A stretch of DNA of 64,000 nucleotides from contig NC_042997.1 of assembly GCF_006345805.1 (NCBI RefSeq), forward strand, positions 68,882,001-68,946,000. Direction: 5' to 3'. The notes under the pieces were generated by a model. That model ran no database searches. It was not told the origin of the DNA and saw nothing but the letters and a program-made list of their open reading frames with translations. The translations under genes and the position numbers were made by a program. The stretch comes from Octopus sinensis. Lineage: Eukaryota. The first letter of the stretch is position 1; each line of letters starts with the position of its first letter. Positions 12,500 to 26,111 of this stretch are shown here, piece by piece.

Positions 12500-13290
12500 T
12501 TAGTCCGGCACTATTAGGGTTGTATGTGAGGTCATCACTCTGCTCACGATCAGAGCTTATTGACCCGGAACTGTCAAGCCAATGTGAAGAAAAATGGAGT
12601 AGACCCAAAGAGCCGATACTGCAACAATAAGATTAAAGCAGCAGACCACCTAATCTCTGGGTGTAAGGTTTTAGCACATATCGAATATAAACCAATACAT
12701 GACAGAGTTGGTAAATATCTACACTGGATAAGATGTCGGCATTATAAAATCAAAATTGCTGGCAAATGGTACAAGCAGCACCCTGAGGCTGTAACTGAGG
12801 GAGGAAGTACAAAGGATTTTCGTAACTGGTACGTCACACATACTGCGAAGAGCATTGTCGCTGTGAATTTTCTTTGCCTTATTCCCCTTTATTTTCTGTG
12901 TTTATTTTTTTCATTTTCTTTCTTATATTTTTTCCTCTCTGTCATTCTTCCCCATTTTCTGTATCACATAACCTAAATGAACAATCTGGTGTGATTTTGG
13001 TGGACTCCTAATGTATATAGTGAGTTTCTTTGCTGTAGGTGCCAGGAAGACACTCGGCAAGGAAACGTAACGAAACTGAAAGAAGATAACAAAGAAAAAT
13101 ACAATACCTTAAAATTTGAAATAAAAAAATTTAGTCGTGCCTATAATCATTAGTGCATTGGGAACTGGAAGCAAAAATATCGACAAATCGCTGAAGGAAA
13201 CTGAAATAGAATGTCCGGCAGAGTTCTTATAGAAGGTTTGTCTCTTAGGACAGCTGAAAACTTGTAGACGCCTAATGTAACCCGCTACCC
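12500..13290 (+). mobile_element. Decayed R4-like zinc-knuckle/RLE fragment interrupted by about 300 bp of unrelated sequence (12816-13110)
   Basis: DQSLLTRN..HLISGC..HDRVGKYLHW..HPEAV in the first part; VVPIIISALGT after 13130. Confidence 0.65.
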
Positions 13291-13389
13291 ACATAAATCC
13301 TACTAGGAATAAGACCAAACCTGAACCAAACCAAAATAAAAAGGAACAGCATGAAAGGAAAAACCATATACGGTCACTTTCCAAGAGAT

Positions 13390-14190
13390 ACAAACACCAA
13401 GACAGATACAGAAGACCGGTGGCTATGGAAGAGGAGGAGTGATCTGAAGACAGAGAGAAGCACTTACATGCGCAGCACGAGAACGATCGTAACGGAAAAT
13501 CAATGTTAAATACAGATTCGACAATTCTACTGACAGTGGCAAACGCAGAATGTGTGGTGAGAGGGTTGATACAGTATGGCAGAACGTTAGCAAATGCCCG
13601 AAATTAGCACAACGCGAATACAAAAGACTGCATTTCTATGTGACCAGAATGATCAATTGGGATTTCTGCGGAAATCACGGCCTGCAAAGAGCAAAAGCGT
13701 GGTACGAACAAACTCCAGAAGGTAACCGAGAATGAAAATTGCAAAATTCTGTGGGATGCAATGTTTGAGTCCAGAGATCGGAGAACGGACATTTCTTGGT
13801 GAATAAAAAAAATTGAACATGCAAGATAATCAACATAGCATGGCATGGTGACAAAAGGATAAAAGATAAAGGAGAAAGAAAACTGAACGAATATAACAAT
13901 TTGAAGTGGGAAATGAAAAGGTTGTGACAAACGAGGTGAATAGACGTGATGCCAAGAGTGATTGCCATACTTGGACGTATCAGTACTCAACTACTCCCAT
14001 GGTTAAAAAATGTTGTTACAAATGTAAAGATAGAAAAAAACAATCAACATTGCTTGGAACTGCAAGAATACTTCGCAGGGTTCTTGATGCATGGCCAGTA
14101 AACAAGTGTCACTTTAGTCTGCTGGTTGTAGACAGCTGACACTTTCCATCAAACTCAGTAAAATAACCTGAGAGCTTTTCTCAAATACTA
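13390..14190 (+). mobile_element. Decayed R4/Dong 3' fragment ending in TAC/TAA repeats
   Basis: CRMCGERVDTV..C.KLAQREYKR, WYEQTPE, KILWD, LLGTARILRRVL, then a UTR and (TAC)n(TAA)n. Confidence 0.75.
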
Positions 14191-14226
14191 CTACTACTAC
14201 TACTATAAATAATAATAATAATAATA

Positions 14227-14271
<45 letters not shown>

Positions 14272-14332
14272 CAACAACAACAACAATAATAATAATAATA
14301 ATAATAATAACAACAACAACAACAACAACAAC

Positions 14333-14389
<57 letters not shown>
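14191..14389. repeat. (TAA)n/(CAA)n array
   Basis: Trinucleotide array between two R4 copies. Confidence 0.95.
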
Positions 14390-14390
<1 letters not shown>

Positions 14391-17051
14391 TGGGGGAACA
14401 ACTTTGGACCCCCATAACAACTGAAGAGGACACCCAGGCACTGCAAAGACTAAGCAACTGGAAGGCACCTGGGCATGACAAGATCCCCAACTTCTGGTTG
14501 AAATATCTAACAGGAATGCACAAAAAGCTGGCTGAAAACTTTAACAACGTACTAGCAGAGCCAGAGACAATGCCTGAATGGCTCACGAAGGGGAAAACCA
14601 TCTTAATTCCCAAATCAAATGAAACAGAAAAACCAGAAAACTACAGACCAATAACCTGCCTCCCTACTATGTTCAAGGCATTTACTGCAGTGATATCACA
14701 AAGGCTGAACAAGCACCTGGACGAAAACAAACTGTTCCCAGAAGAGCAGAAAGGATGCCGCAAAGGCTCATATGGCTGTAAAGATCAACTAATGATTAAT
14801 AAAGCCATAACTGAAGACAGCCACAGAAAGAAGAAAGGCCTCAGTATGGCCTGGATTGACTACAAAAAGGCGTTTGATAGCATCCCCCACACATGGATCC
14901 TCGAAACACTAGCCATTAACAAAGTAGCACCAAGAATCATAAAATTCATAGAACACTCTATGAATAAATGGCAAACAGTCCTACACCTCCAAACAAAAGA
15001 GGGACTCATGAAAACCAAAGACATCCCTATTAGAAGAGGAATATTCCAGGAAGACACGCTCTCTCCACTCCTTTTCTGCTTGGCACTGTCACCTCTATCT
15101 GATATGCTAAATAGAACTGGATGAGGATATAAATGTTACGGCAAAACGATCAGCCACCTTTTATATATGGATGACCTAAAACTATACGCTGCAAATGACA
15201 AACAGCTGGAAACACTATTAAAGACAGTTCATGGATTTACCAAAGAAATATATATGGCAAACAGTCCTACACCTCCAAACAAAAGAGGGACTCATGAAAA
15301 CCAAAGACATCCCCATTAGAAGAGGAATATTCCAGGAAGACACGCTCTCTCCACTCCTTTTCTGCTTGGCACTGTCACCTCTATCTGATATGCTAAATAG
15401 AACTGGATGAGGATATAAATGTTACGGCAAAACGATCAGCCACCTTTTATATATGGATGACCTAAAACTATACGCTGCAAATGACAAACAGCTGGAAACA
15501 CTATTAAAGACAGTTCATGGATTTACCAAAGAAATATATATGAAATTTGGATTAGAAAAATGCGCCAAAGTAACCATGAAAAGAGGAAAACTAGTTAAGA
15601 GTAACAACATCACACTAGATAAAACCAATGAAATAAAAGAATTAGACCAAAGCCAAACTTACAAATACTTAGGAATCCATAAACTAGATAAGACACAACA
15701 CACACAAATGAAAGAGAAAATAAAAAAAGAATATTATAGACGAGTTAGATCAATACTAAAAACAAAGCTCAATGCTAAAAACAAGATAATAGGTATCAAC
15801 ACTATGAACTGACCAAAATAGATAGGAAAACAAGAAAAATAATGACAGGATCTAGGATGCATCACCCAAAATCTGACATAGAAAGACTATATATACAACG
15901 TGTAGAAGGTGGTAGAGGCCTTATACAGCTGAAAAACTACTATAAAATAACCACCATAGGACTGCAAAAATATCTACTTCAGAAGGAAGGGAAACTGATC
16001 CAGATAGCGGCAAAACACGAGCAAAACAAAAAAACTGTTCTCAGTATTTAAGGAAGCTGACAAATACAAACAAGAAATCATACCACCTAATAAACATGAA
16101 GAAGAAGAAGAAGATTAAGAAACAACAAAAGCTATAAAACAAATGAAATCCAAACTAAAAATAGAACAGCAACGAACCATGATAAAACGATGGCAAGAAA
16201 AGCCCCTTCATGGTAAATACTGGACTAAACTAAACGCAAAAGAAATAGACAAAGAAAAATCCCAGCAATGGTTGAGAAGCTCAGGACTCAAAGCAGAAAC
16301 AGAGGGATTTTTAATTGCAGCACAAGACCAAAGCCTCCCCACCAGAAATTACCAAAAACATGTAATGAAAAGAAATATTACAAGTAACTGCAGAATATGT
16401 GGAGATGGACAAGAAACAATAAATCATATTATCTCTAGCTGCCCAGTCCTGGCTAAGAAGGAATATATTCACAGACATGACAGAGTTGGAACCTACATAC
16501 ATTGGAAGCTATGCCAACATTATGGAATAACAACAGAAAAAAAATGGTATAGGCACACACCAGAAAAGGTCACAGAAAACGAGAAAGCAACCATACTCTG
16601 GATATGCCGATACACACAGATAGAGAAATTAAGGCCAACAGACCAGATATAGTTGTCAGAGATCATGAAGAAAAAAAATGCTTTCTAATTGATGTATCAA
16701 TACCGGCAGATGACAACGTGTCTCTAAAAGAAATGGAGAAACTCTCAAAATACAAAGACCTGGAAATAGAGGTAACTAGAATGTGGAATCTGAAAACAGA
16801 AACAATTCCTATCATAGTAGGTGCATTAGGCATGATAAAAAAATATTCAGACAAATACATAACAAAAACACCAGGACTTACAAACACATATAACATACAG
16901 AAAATTGCACTACTAGGCACTGCACACAACTTACGCAGAACACTTTCCATACAATAACCATCAGAGCATCACAACAAATCACAGCACATACCCAAGGCAC
17001 ACAGAGCTGCGCTCGGTAGTGAAGTGAAAGCACGCTATAAAAATAAAGCTA

Positions 17052-17055
<4 letters not shown>
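14390..17055 (+). mobile_element. 5'-truncated R4/Dong LINE (family A), relatively young
   Basis: KAPGHDKIPNFW, NYRPITCL, WIDYKKAFDS, YMDDLKLY, YKYLG, GGRGL, AAQDQ, CRICG..H..C, RHD, ANRPDIV..IDVSIP (PD..D endonuclease). Flanked by TAA on both sides. Carries a 286-bp duplication, a stop and frameshifts. Confidence 0.93.
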
Positions 17056-17120
<65 letters not shown>

Positions 17121-17298
17121 AAGAAGACGAAGAAGAAGAAGAAGAAGAAGAAGAAGAAGAAGAAGATGAAGAAGAAGAAGAAGAAGAAGAAGAAGAAGAA
17201 GAAGAAGAAGAAGAAGAAGAAGAAGAAGAAGAAGAAGAAGAAGAAGAAGAAGAAGAAGAAGAAGAAGAAGAAGAAGAAGAAGAAGAAGAAGAAGAAGA
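17056..17298. repeat. (TAA)n grading into (GAA)n
   Basis: About 200 bp of GAA repeat after the R4 tail. Confidence 0.95.
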
Positions 17299-17415
17299 AT
17301 GCCTTGATGCAGGACCAGGCAGTGGCTCTCATAGCTTCTGAACTTAACTGATTGCAAGTGTTATCATGTATAATGTTTTGACTTGGTATAAAAGATGGGC
17401 TACAGCAAATATTCT
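17298..17415. mobile_element. Partial copy of a non-coding interspersed repeat (see 20942)
   Basis: GATGCAGGACCAGGCAGTGGCTC...TATAAAAGATGGGCTACAGCAAATA matches 20942-21050. Confidence 0.7.
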
Positions 17416-17419
17416 ACTC

Positions 17420-19298
17420 TAGAATTTTGGAAATAAATACGGTCGGCGAAGGAATAACCTCAGCAAAGGGCTATCATAACAACGAACTTAGCACCTGAAC
17501 AATTGAAGAGGTCAACCAGGCACTGCAAAAGCTAAGAAACTCGAAGGCACCTGGGCATGATAAGATCCCCGACTTCCGGTTAAAATATCTGACAGGAACA
17601 CACAAAAAGCTGGCTGAAAGCTTTAACGACATACTAGCAGAGCCAGAGAAAATGCCTGAATGGCTCACAAAAGGGAAAACTATCCTAGTTCCCAAATTCA
17701 CTGAAACGGCAAACCCACAAAATTATAGACCAATAACATGTCTCCCTATAATTTAATAATATCGCAGAGATTGAGCAAGCATCTGGAAGAAAACACCCTG
17801 TTTCCAGAAGAACGGAAGGGATGCTGGAAGGGCTCATACGGTTGTAAAGATCACCTAATGATTAATAAAGCCATAACTGAAGACATCCGCAGAAACAAGA
17901 AGGGCCTCAATATGGCCTGGATCGACTACCGAAAGGATTTTGAAAGCATTTCCCACACATGGATCCTAGAAACACTAGCCATGAACAAGGTAGCACCAAT
18001 AATTATAAAATACACATGACACTCCATGAATAAATGGCAGACAGCGCTACAGCTCGAAACCAAAGCATAACTCATGAAAACCAAAGCCATCCCCATTCGA
18101 AGAGGAATATTTCAGAGAGAACGCTCTCTGCTTGGCACTGACACCTTTATCTGACATGCTACATAAAACCGGATGCAGATACAAAACAGAGCTGAATGCG
18201 AAAGACAAGATAATAGGTATCAACACAATAACTAATAATGTCTCAGTTATAAGTTATAGTTACAGCATCCGTACCTGGACATTAAATGAACTGACCAAAA
18301 TAGACAGGAAAACAAGAAAAATAATGACAGGATCTAGGATGCACCACCCAAAATCTGACATAGAAAGGTTATATATACAAAATATAAAAGGTGGCAGAGG
18401 CCTCATACAGCTAGAAAACTATTACAAAATAACCACCTATGGTGGTTAATTTGCAAAATCAAGGAAACCTAATTCAAAGCACGAACAAAACAAAACAAAA
18501 ACACTGTTTTCAGTCTTTAAAGAAGCTGACAAATACAAACAAGAAGTCGTACTAAATAAAAACTATAAAGAATAAGAAGAAACAACAAAAACTGTAAAAC
18601 AAAATGAAATCCAAACTAAAACTAGAACAGCAACGAATCATGATAAAACGATGGTAAGGAAAGCCCCTTCATGACCAATCCTGGGCTGAAATAAACGCAA
18701 AAGAAATAGACTAAGCAAAATCCCAGCAATGACTGAGAAGAAGCAATAAATCATATTTCTCTCGCTGCCCATTCCTGCCTAAGAAGGAATATATTCACAG
18801 ACACGACAGAGTTGGGACCTACATACATTGGAAGCTATGCCAACACTATGGTATAAACACACGCCAGAAAATGTCACAGAAAACGAGAAAGCAACCGTAC
18901 TATGGGATATACCAACGCACACAGATAGAGAAATTAAGGCATATAGGCCAAATATAGTTGTCAGAGATCATGAAGGAAAAAATGCTTTCTAATTGATGTA
19001 TCACTACCAGCAGAAATGGAGAAACTTTCCAAGACCTGGTAACAGGAATGTGGAGTCTAAAAACAGAAACAATTCCTATCATAGTGGGCGCATTAGGTAT
19101 GATAAAAAATATTCAGACAAATACATAACAAATCACCAGGACTAACAAATACATATAACATACAGAAAATATCACTACTAGGCACTGCACACATCCTACA
19201 TTAAGCACTTTCAATGCAGTAACCACAATACATACCCAAGACACAAAGAGCTGTGCTCGGTAGTGCGGTAAAAGCACGTTATAAAAATAAAAGAACCG
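17420..19298 (+). mobile_element. Older, internally deleted family A-related R4 copy
   Basis: Colinear with 14390-17055, but the YMDD region is deleted near 18180. Ends in (AAC)/(AAT)n. Confidence 0.88.
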
Positions 19299-19321
19299 AA
19301 TAACAATAACAACAACAACAA

Positions 19322-19352
<31 letters not shown>

Positions 19353-19376
19353 AACAATAACAATAACAATAACAAC

Positions 19377-19417
<41 letters not shown>

Positions 19418-19440
19418 TGATGATGATGATGATGATAATG

Positions 19441-19524
<84 letters not shown>

Positions 19525-19527
<3 letters not shown>

Positions 19528-19975
19528 CCGATACACACATATAGAGAAATTAAGACCAACAGACCAGATATAGTTGTCAGAGATCATGAAGAAAAAAAAT
19601 GCTTTCTAATTGATGTATCAATACCGGCAGATGACAACGTGTCTCTAAAAGAAATGGAGAAACTTTCAAAATACAAAGACCTGGAAATGGAGGTAACCAG
19701 AATGTGGAATCTAAAAACAGAAACAATTCCTATCATAGTAGGTGCATTAGGCATGATAAAAAATATTCAGACAAATACATAACAAAAACACCAGGACTTA
19801 CAAACACATATAACATACAGAAAATTGCACTACTAGGCACTGCACACATCCTACGCAGAACACTTTCCATACAATAACCATCAGAGCATCACAACAAATC
19901 ACAGCACATACCCAAGGCACACAGAGCTGCGCTCGGTAGTGAAGTGAAAGCACGCTATAAAAAATAAAACTACTG
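19525..19975 (+). mobile_element. Short 5'-truncated family A R4 copy in (TAA)n
   Basis: Near-identical to 16605-17055. TAA on both flanks. Confidence 0.93.
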
Positions 19976-19992
19976 AATAATAATAATAATAA

Positions 19993-20880
19993 CGCCCCGA
20001 AATATATGGGTGTAAATGCAGTTGAAATGATGGGCAAGAAAGAGTTTAACCAAAGAGCTGAGGAGAAGAGAAGAGAAAAGAAGATCTTGAAATGAGAATG
20101 CATGGACAATTTGAAAGGAATACACAAGACGTTAAGGATAATATAGCATCGTGGGCATGGCTTGGACGAGGTTATTTGAAGCATACCCCCGAAAGCCTGT
20201 ACATTGCTGCACAAGACCAGGCCCTCGCTACCAATTCAGTGAAGTATAACATCTATAAAACATCTGACACACAGAGATGCAGACCCTGTGGAAAGAGTGT
20301 GGAAAATGTGACCCGCTTGGTAAGTGGATGTGAGAGCCTTTCACAAAAAGAATATAAGGGCCGTCACAATAAATTGTGTATCTTTATTGGCTCTTATGCC
20401 GTAAATACCAATATGAAGTTACAGAGAACTGGTATGAGCATGTATCAAGTAAAGTTATGCAAGAGGATGGAAGAGTAACAATAGTCTGGGACTATGATTT
20501 TGAGACGGATCGTGTATTCGAGCACCGTCGTCCGGATATTGTCATATTGAATAAGAGAGACAAATACAGTCAGATCATTGATGTAGCGATACCAAATGAC
20601 ATAGATGTTGTGAAAGTGGAGATGGCAAGACTGAATGCAATAAGAGAGGATAATGTAAAAGCGATACCAGTGGTGATCGGGGTGCTGGGCTAAATCCCAT
20701 TGGAACTTCAAGACTTCTTAAGGCAACTGGAAATCCGATGCAAGATTGATGTCTTGCAAAAAGCAGCCTTACTGGGCACAGCGCACATCTTAAGAAAGTA
20801 TTATCTGTCTGGGGTCCTTGTTGTGACTTGACAAATGACTAAAGACTCTGGTGCATTTTTACCTAGACTGTTACAAAGGA
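19993..20880 (+). mobile_element. 5'-truncated R4/Dong LINE of a further subfamily
   Basis: RMHGQFER, AAQDQALATN, CRPCG..SGC..GRHN, RRPDIV..IDVAIPND, VIGVLG. Ends in TAA/GAT repeats. Confidence 0.85.
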
Positions 20881-20895
20881 ATATTAATAATAATA

Positions 20896-20940
<45 letters not shown>

Positions 20941-20941
20941 A

Positions 20942-21475
20942 TGATGCAATACCAGGCAGTGACTCACGTGGCTTTTGATCTTAACTGATTGGAAGCCCTT
21001 ATCATGGATATGTGTATTAGTATAAAAGATGGGCTACGGCAAATAATCTGCACAATACCACAGATTTGCTTGTCAGTTGCTTGACTTAACCAGTTGACCA
21101 TGTCCCTTAGTGGCTGACGATATGTGCATCTCTGATCACGAGCAGAAGTAGTGGGGGAGCATCATAGCCGTGTGTTGAAAGGAATTCTTAGAGGTTTGAA
21201 TAATTCACCTCTGAGTGTTTCGTTCAAAAGCCTTAAACAATTCTTACTCAAGGACGTTTTGAGCGGGATGGGCTACTCGACATGAAGAAAATTCTAACTG
21301 GGCCCAACCTGCAAGGTCATGCGCTATTTACCTTCATATGAGGTCACCATGTCGCGCACATATGGTTGTGATGCATGTACCTGGTATACCCCTATCAGAC
21401 AGGTAGTTATGACGGGCTTTGTATATTTTTCACCAGTGTCACTTTGATGGCGTGCACAGCTCTCGCATTAAAATA
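20942..21475. mobile_element. About 530-bp non-coding interspersed repeat bounded by trinucleotide repeats
   Basis: Partial second copy at 17298. No ORF. Starts after (GAT)n and ends in decayed AAAATAATTAT. Confidence 0.6.
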
Positions 21476-21479
21476 ATTA

Positions 21480-23040
21480 TGGTAACAATCTATTACTATT
21501 GCCATGAGCAAGGAGAGGTAAATCCAGGAATGACTCAAAATCTCTAGGCTAAAAGTAGAGACGAAATAGCTGATTCTAACTGTACAGCGTCACTATCTAT
21601 CTATAACTAACAAAATAAAACGGTAATAAGATATAAGACTAGTAGTATAACCCGGCGTTGCCCGGGATTAAGTTACGATTATTAAGCTAATCAAGTTCTT
21701 TATTTCAAACCAAACTAAGTAATATCGACGTCAAATTTGGGCGAAATCCGTTGAAATTGGTAGGGTTATTTAAGGAAATACAGATAACTTCTGTTATTTG
21801 CTTGAAGGCTCTGCTGTCAGGTGTTTGTAATGTTCATGAGATATTTGAAAGGCAGTGCTGATATGTTAAATAAATGTATTCTCAACAAAACAATTTTTTT
21901 ACTCGGCGTAAAATAAAAACAAAACTCTTTCGCACTCAAAGTAATATATATGTGAGAGAGAGGGGGGAGAAAGATGAACGATTTAAAATAAATAGATGAT
22001 CTAAAATAAATATATTGTAATTGTTGTGTGAGAAAGTATATATACTCTGATTGAAAAATATAGCGTCTTTCAAAAACATCCTAAATTTGAACACTATATC
22101 TCGTATTTAAAAAAAAAAACATTTTACATTTTATTTTTTATGAAAGCTGTGACTTACTCGCCCTCCCCCTCTCTCTCTCACTTTGTCTTTACCTTTTTTT
22201 AGAACGCTGTCAAATTATCTCCCACTTTTCCTTACATATACTTTTCTTTACTATTTTTGTTAGCCGTTGCGAAACACTCTCTCTCCCTCACAAACACACA
22301 CATACATCAACACACAACTTCTCTCTCTCCCTCACACACACACTTTCGCTTGGTTATGGCTAGAAGGGACTTAACCCATGTTAGCAACCTTCAAAATAGG
22401 TAAAAGCTATGGCTGAAAATAGATTTTTACCTGTATCCGCGGGAGCCTCGTGAAAAAAAAAAGTTCACAAAACCCAGGTAGGATGTTGATGAATGTCCTC
22501 CTGAAATTGGAGCTACATGCGTGCTAATTTGTGGACGGGCATAAATTACAATCACGCACACACGCACACAAACACACACACACACACACACATCCTGCTT
22601 TATATATATACAGATGGTTATCATCAAGTGCACAATATGCATTTGTAGAAGAAGATAGTTGACATCTTTGCCAAACCAGGTGTATACATGGATAGAAACT
22701 TGTTGACAGTATGTCCACTGGAAAATATGGCAAACTTTTCAGCGTGAAAACGAACGAAAAATGCTAAAATATGTACGAATCCCGTACGAGACACTCCACC
22801 CCAAATTGATAAATGGATCAAGAATAACTGTTCTGATACAATAATGTGGAAAAAATACCTGCTACCTGATGAATATTGTTATCCCATCTAACAAAGACAT
22901 TGGCCAAAAAAAGATGGAGAAACTGTCAACATATAAGAGACTTGATAATGAAATACACAAAATATTGGCAATAAAATAACAAACTTCGGATAACAACTAC
23001 AGTATTAGGTATGATAAAAATATGAACAGAAACATACAGG
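21480..23040 (+). mobile_element. Old R4 fragment split by a Helitron
   Basis: LKVETK..LILTVQ before 21638; QYVHWKI and EKLS.YK-like motifs after 22615. Confidence 0.55.
21639..22614 (-). mobile_element. Non-autonomous Helitron (976 bp)
   Basis: Minus strand: A|TCTGTATATATATAAAG...CCCGGGCAACGCCGGG-TTATACTA-CTAG|T. Inserted at AT with no TSD. Confidence 0.88.
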
Positions 23041-23554
23041 CCGTACTGTAGCTCATATTGCTGCACTCATTTCAAACAGTTCCTCCACTAGAAGTAACCA
23101 ATATTCTACCCATGCCACTTTCCGTTTAGTAGCAAATTAAAACTGCATAAAACAATTCAAAGGTGCAAGATCAATACGCAATAATCTAACCCAAAACGCA
23201 CTCCAACAAAACCGATAGCCGGCACTCTAATACAAACAAGAAAAAATATCACATTCTACACACCTGAAACTCATTAATGCTATATGAATCACACATCACA
23301 TTCTTATACTAAATAACCGTCTCGCACTAATCAAACAACACTTACGAAACATATTCCAAACACAGCAAAATAGATGAACTGACACAGCACGTATTCTGCA
23401 TAACAGAAGAAACAGTAAAATAGCACCGGGATTAACAAATATAAAACCTATTTAAAAAGTAAGCTGATACAAAGACAGGTCCACGTCCTAAAAGGACACT
23501 ACCTTCAGGTACACCAATAGCACCTGGTGCTATAGTTAAAAATATATTGAAATA

Positions 23555-23570
23555 AAGTATGCTGCTGCAG

Positions 23571-23640
<70 letters not shown>

Positions 23641-23825
23641 CTGCTACAGCTGTTGCTGCTGCTGCTGCTATTACAACTACTATTGTAACTATTATTTCTG
23701 TTGCTGCTGCTACTGCTGCTAATACTATCACTGCCACCACCACTGCTACAGCTGATAATGATGATGATGAAAATGACGAAAACGATGATTAAGGTAAAAA
23801 CGATGATTATGATGACGGTGACAAT
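23555..23825. repeat. Mixed CTA/CTG/GAT trinucleotide low-complexity tract
   Basis: Direct reading. Confidence 0.9.
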
Positions 23826-24089
23826 AAAACATATAACATTTAATAGATGGCCAGAAATATACATGGATTGTTGATTAGGTTCCAGTTCGTGACTGGTAAC
23901 ATAATTTATTGACATTGAAGAATCAAAAGCAATGACAAAATCGATGGAATTTGAACTTAGAATAGAAAAAAGCTGAAATAAATACGGTGGAGTAATTCTG
24001 CTAATCCGCTGTTAAGTTTAGGAAGTCATATTATAGATACACAAAATCAATTTTTAAAACATGTCTAAACGAGGTATTAGGCATTAATA

Positions 24090-25324
24090 CGAGTGGCTTT
24101 CAATAAGCAATGCCTTTGACCCACTTGCAGTTGTTTGATCTAGCATGTGCACTTATTTATACCTCTATAGATTAAGTGGCGAATTACAGCTCTGAACTAA
24201 TTGTGGTTTCCGATTTATAGGTATTTGAACTGAGTCAAGTGTGAAATGGAGCCTGTTGAGTGTCGAGCAGTGATCTGGTTTTTGTATTTGAAAGGACGCA
24301 CACCACGGGAGACTTTTGATGAAATGAAAGTAACTTATGGTGATGATGCCCCATCATATGACCTTGTAAAACGCTGGCATTGTGAATTTAAACATAGTCG
24401 GAACTCTGTGGAAACAGCTCCCAGATCTGGTCGCCCCCTTCTGCCGTTGATGAGACGTCTGTCCGTCAAGTTGTGGCTGCCATTTTGGAAGGTCAACGCA
24501 TAACTATTCGCCAAATAGCCCATAAGGTCAAGATTAGTACCGGGTCTGTGGAAACTATCATTCATGACCATTTGCATATGCAAAAGGTGTCTGCCAGATG
24601 GATTTCCAGGTTGCTCACACCTTTCCAGAAGCAAGAACGCGTTGAGTGCTCGAGGATGAATTTGGAGATGTGCCAAGAAGATGAGTCAAAATTTTTCAAA
24701 AGACTGATCACACAGGATAAAACCTGGGTCCATCACTATGATCCATAGACCAAAGCCCAGTCAATGCAGTGAAAGCACCGTGACTCACCTCCTCCAAAGT
24801 AGGCAAGGGTGCAGCGCTCCGCTGACAAGGTTATGCTCACAGTGATGACAGATTTCCTGGCAAAGGGTACCACAATTACAGGAGCCTATTATGCTTCACT
24901 TTTGAGGAAATTAAGAGAAGCTATGAAAATCAAGAGGCGGGGCAAGATCAGCAAAGGCATCCTCCTCCTGCAGGACAACGCTCCAGTCCACAACTCGCGT
25001 GTCGCCAGATCAGAAGCACAGGCGTGCAGCTATGAACTCCTCTCCTTGCACCCTCTGATTTTCACCTCTTCCCAGCCATGAAGTTGATTTTGAAAGGAAA
25101 GCGTTTCCCAGATGATGCAGCCTTGATTTCTGAAGTCACGTCGTGGTTGGAGGACCAAGCTGGGGTCTTCTACAAAAACGGTCTCCAGAGCTGTATCAAA
25201 CGATGGGAGAAATGCATAACTCTGGGTAGGTCCTATGTAGGAAAAGACTAATAACTGTGCCAAGTGTCGTTGCTCTACTGCTATGGGAAGTGGGTCAGGG
25301 GCATTACTTATTGAACGCCCCTCG
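24090..25324 (+). mobile_element. Mariner (irritans-like), defective copy 1
   Basis: TA-flanked TIRs CGAGGGGCGTTCAATAAG. MEPVECRAVI..TQDKTWVHHYDP..LLQDNAPVH. Has deletions and stops. Confidence 0.92.
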
Positions 25325-26065
25325 TACACTAGCTATCTCTCCATTGCACGCTAAATGATTTTACTAAACTAGACACAAAAACGAAAATATTGACCGCTTT
25401 TAGAATACATTACTCTAAATCTAATACATAAATATTGTATTTATTACGAATACAGGGTATTGGAGGCTTTATGCAATTAAAAATTATCATGAAATATCAA
25501 TAGCTGTATCTCAAAAGATGGAGTGAAACATAATGAAAATTTGATAGGAATAACTGCGAAGCGCAAAGAAAACAATTTTTTTTTTCAGGGAAAGAAAATG
25601 CATAAAACAAGCTGAAATGGCAGACGGATATGAATAAAAATTGGAAATAACAGAAATGTGAAAAGACTAAAACCTTGACTAAATGTGTATTTGCAGAATA
25701 TCATCATAAGGTGATGGCATAAGTCCTTACTATGCCAACCTAAGAAAAAACTGAACTAAGTGTAAGTAGACACGCAAGTCTCAAACAATGTTCGTGAAGT
25801 GAAAAACTCAAATTTAGGTTTTAATATTCACTCAAAAATCAAAGACTGTTCACCAGATTTCTCCAAAAGAATAATAAAGCCAAAAAGAATACCTGCATTC
25901 TTTGTGAAAATGGAAAATAAAGTTAAGGACATTGATAATAATGATAATAATTGTTCCAAAAATAAGTATACTGTTACAACCCTTTTTTTTCATCGAAGAC
26001 ACATGATTACACTGTTCATTTTCCACATAAGATGAAGCATTCAAGATGTTCCACGTGTGTGTGTT

Positions 26066-26111
<46 letters not shown>

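Noticed and set aside
17435-17452. 18-bp match to 54769-54786 (AAATACGGTCGGCGAAGG)
   Set aside because: At 17435 it reads as the decayed FWK.IWS motif of the R4 ORF, and the flanks do not align. Treated as coincidence.
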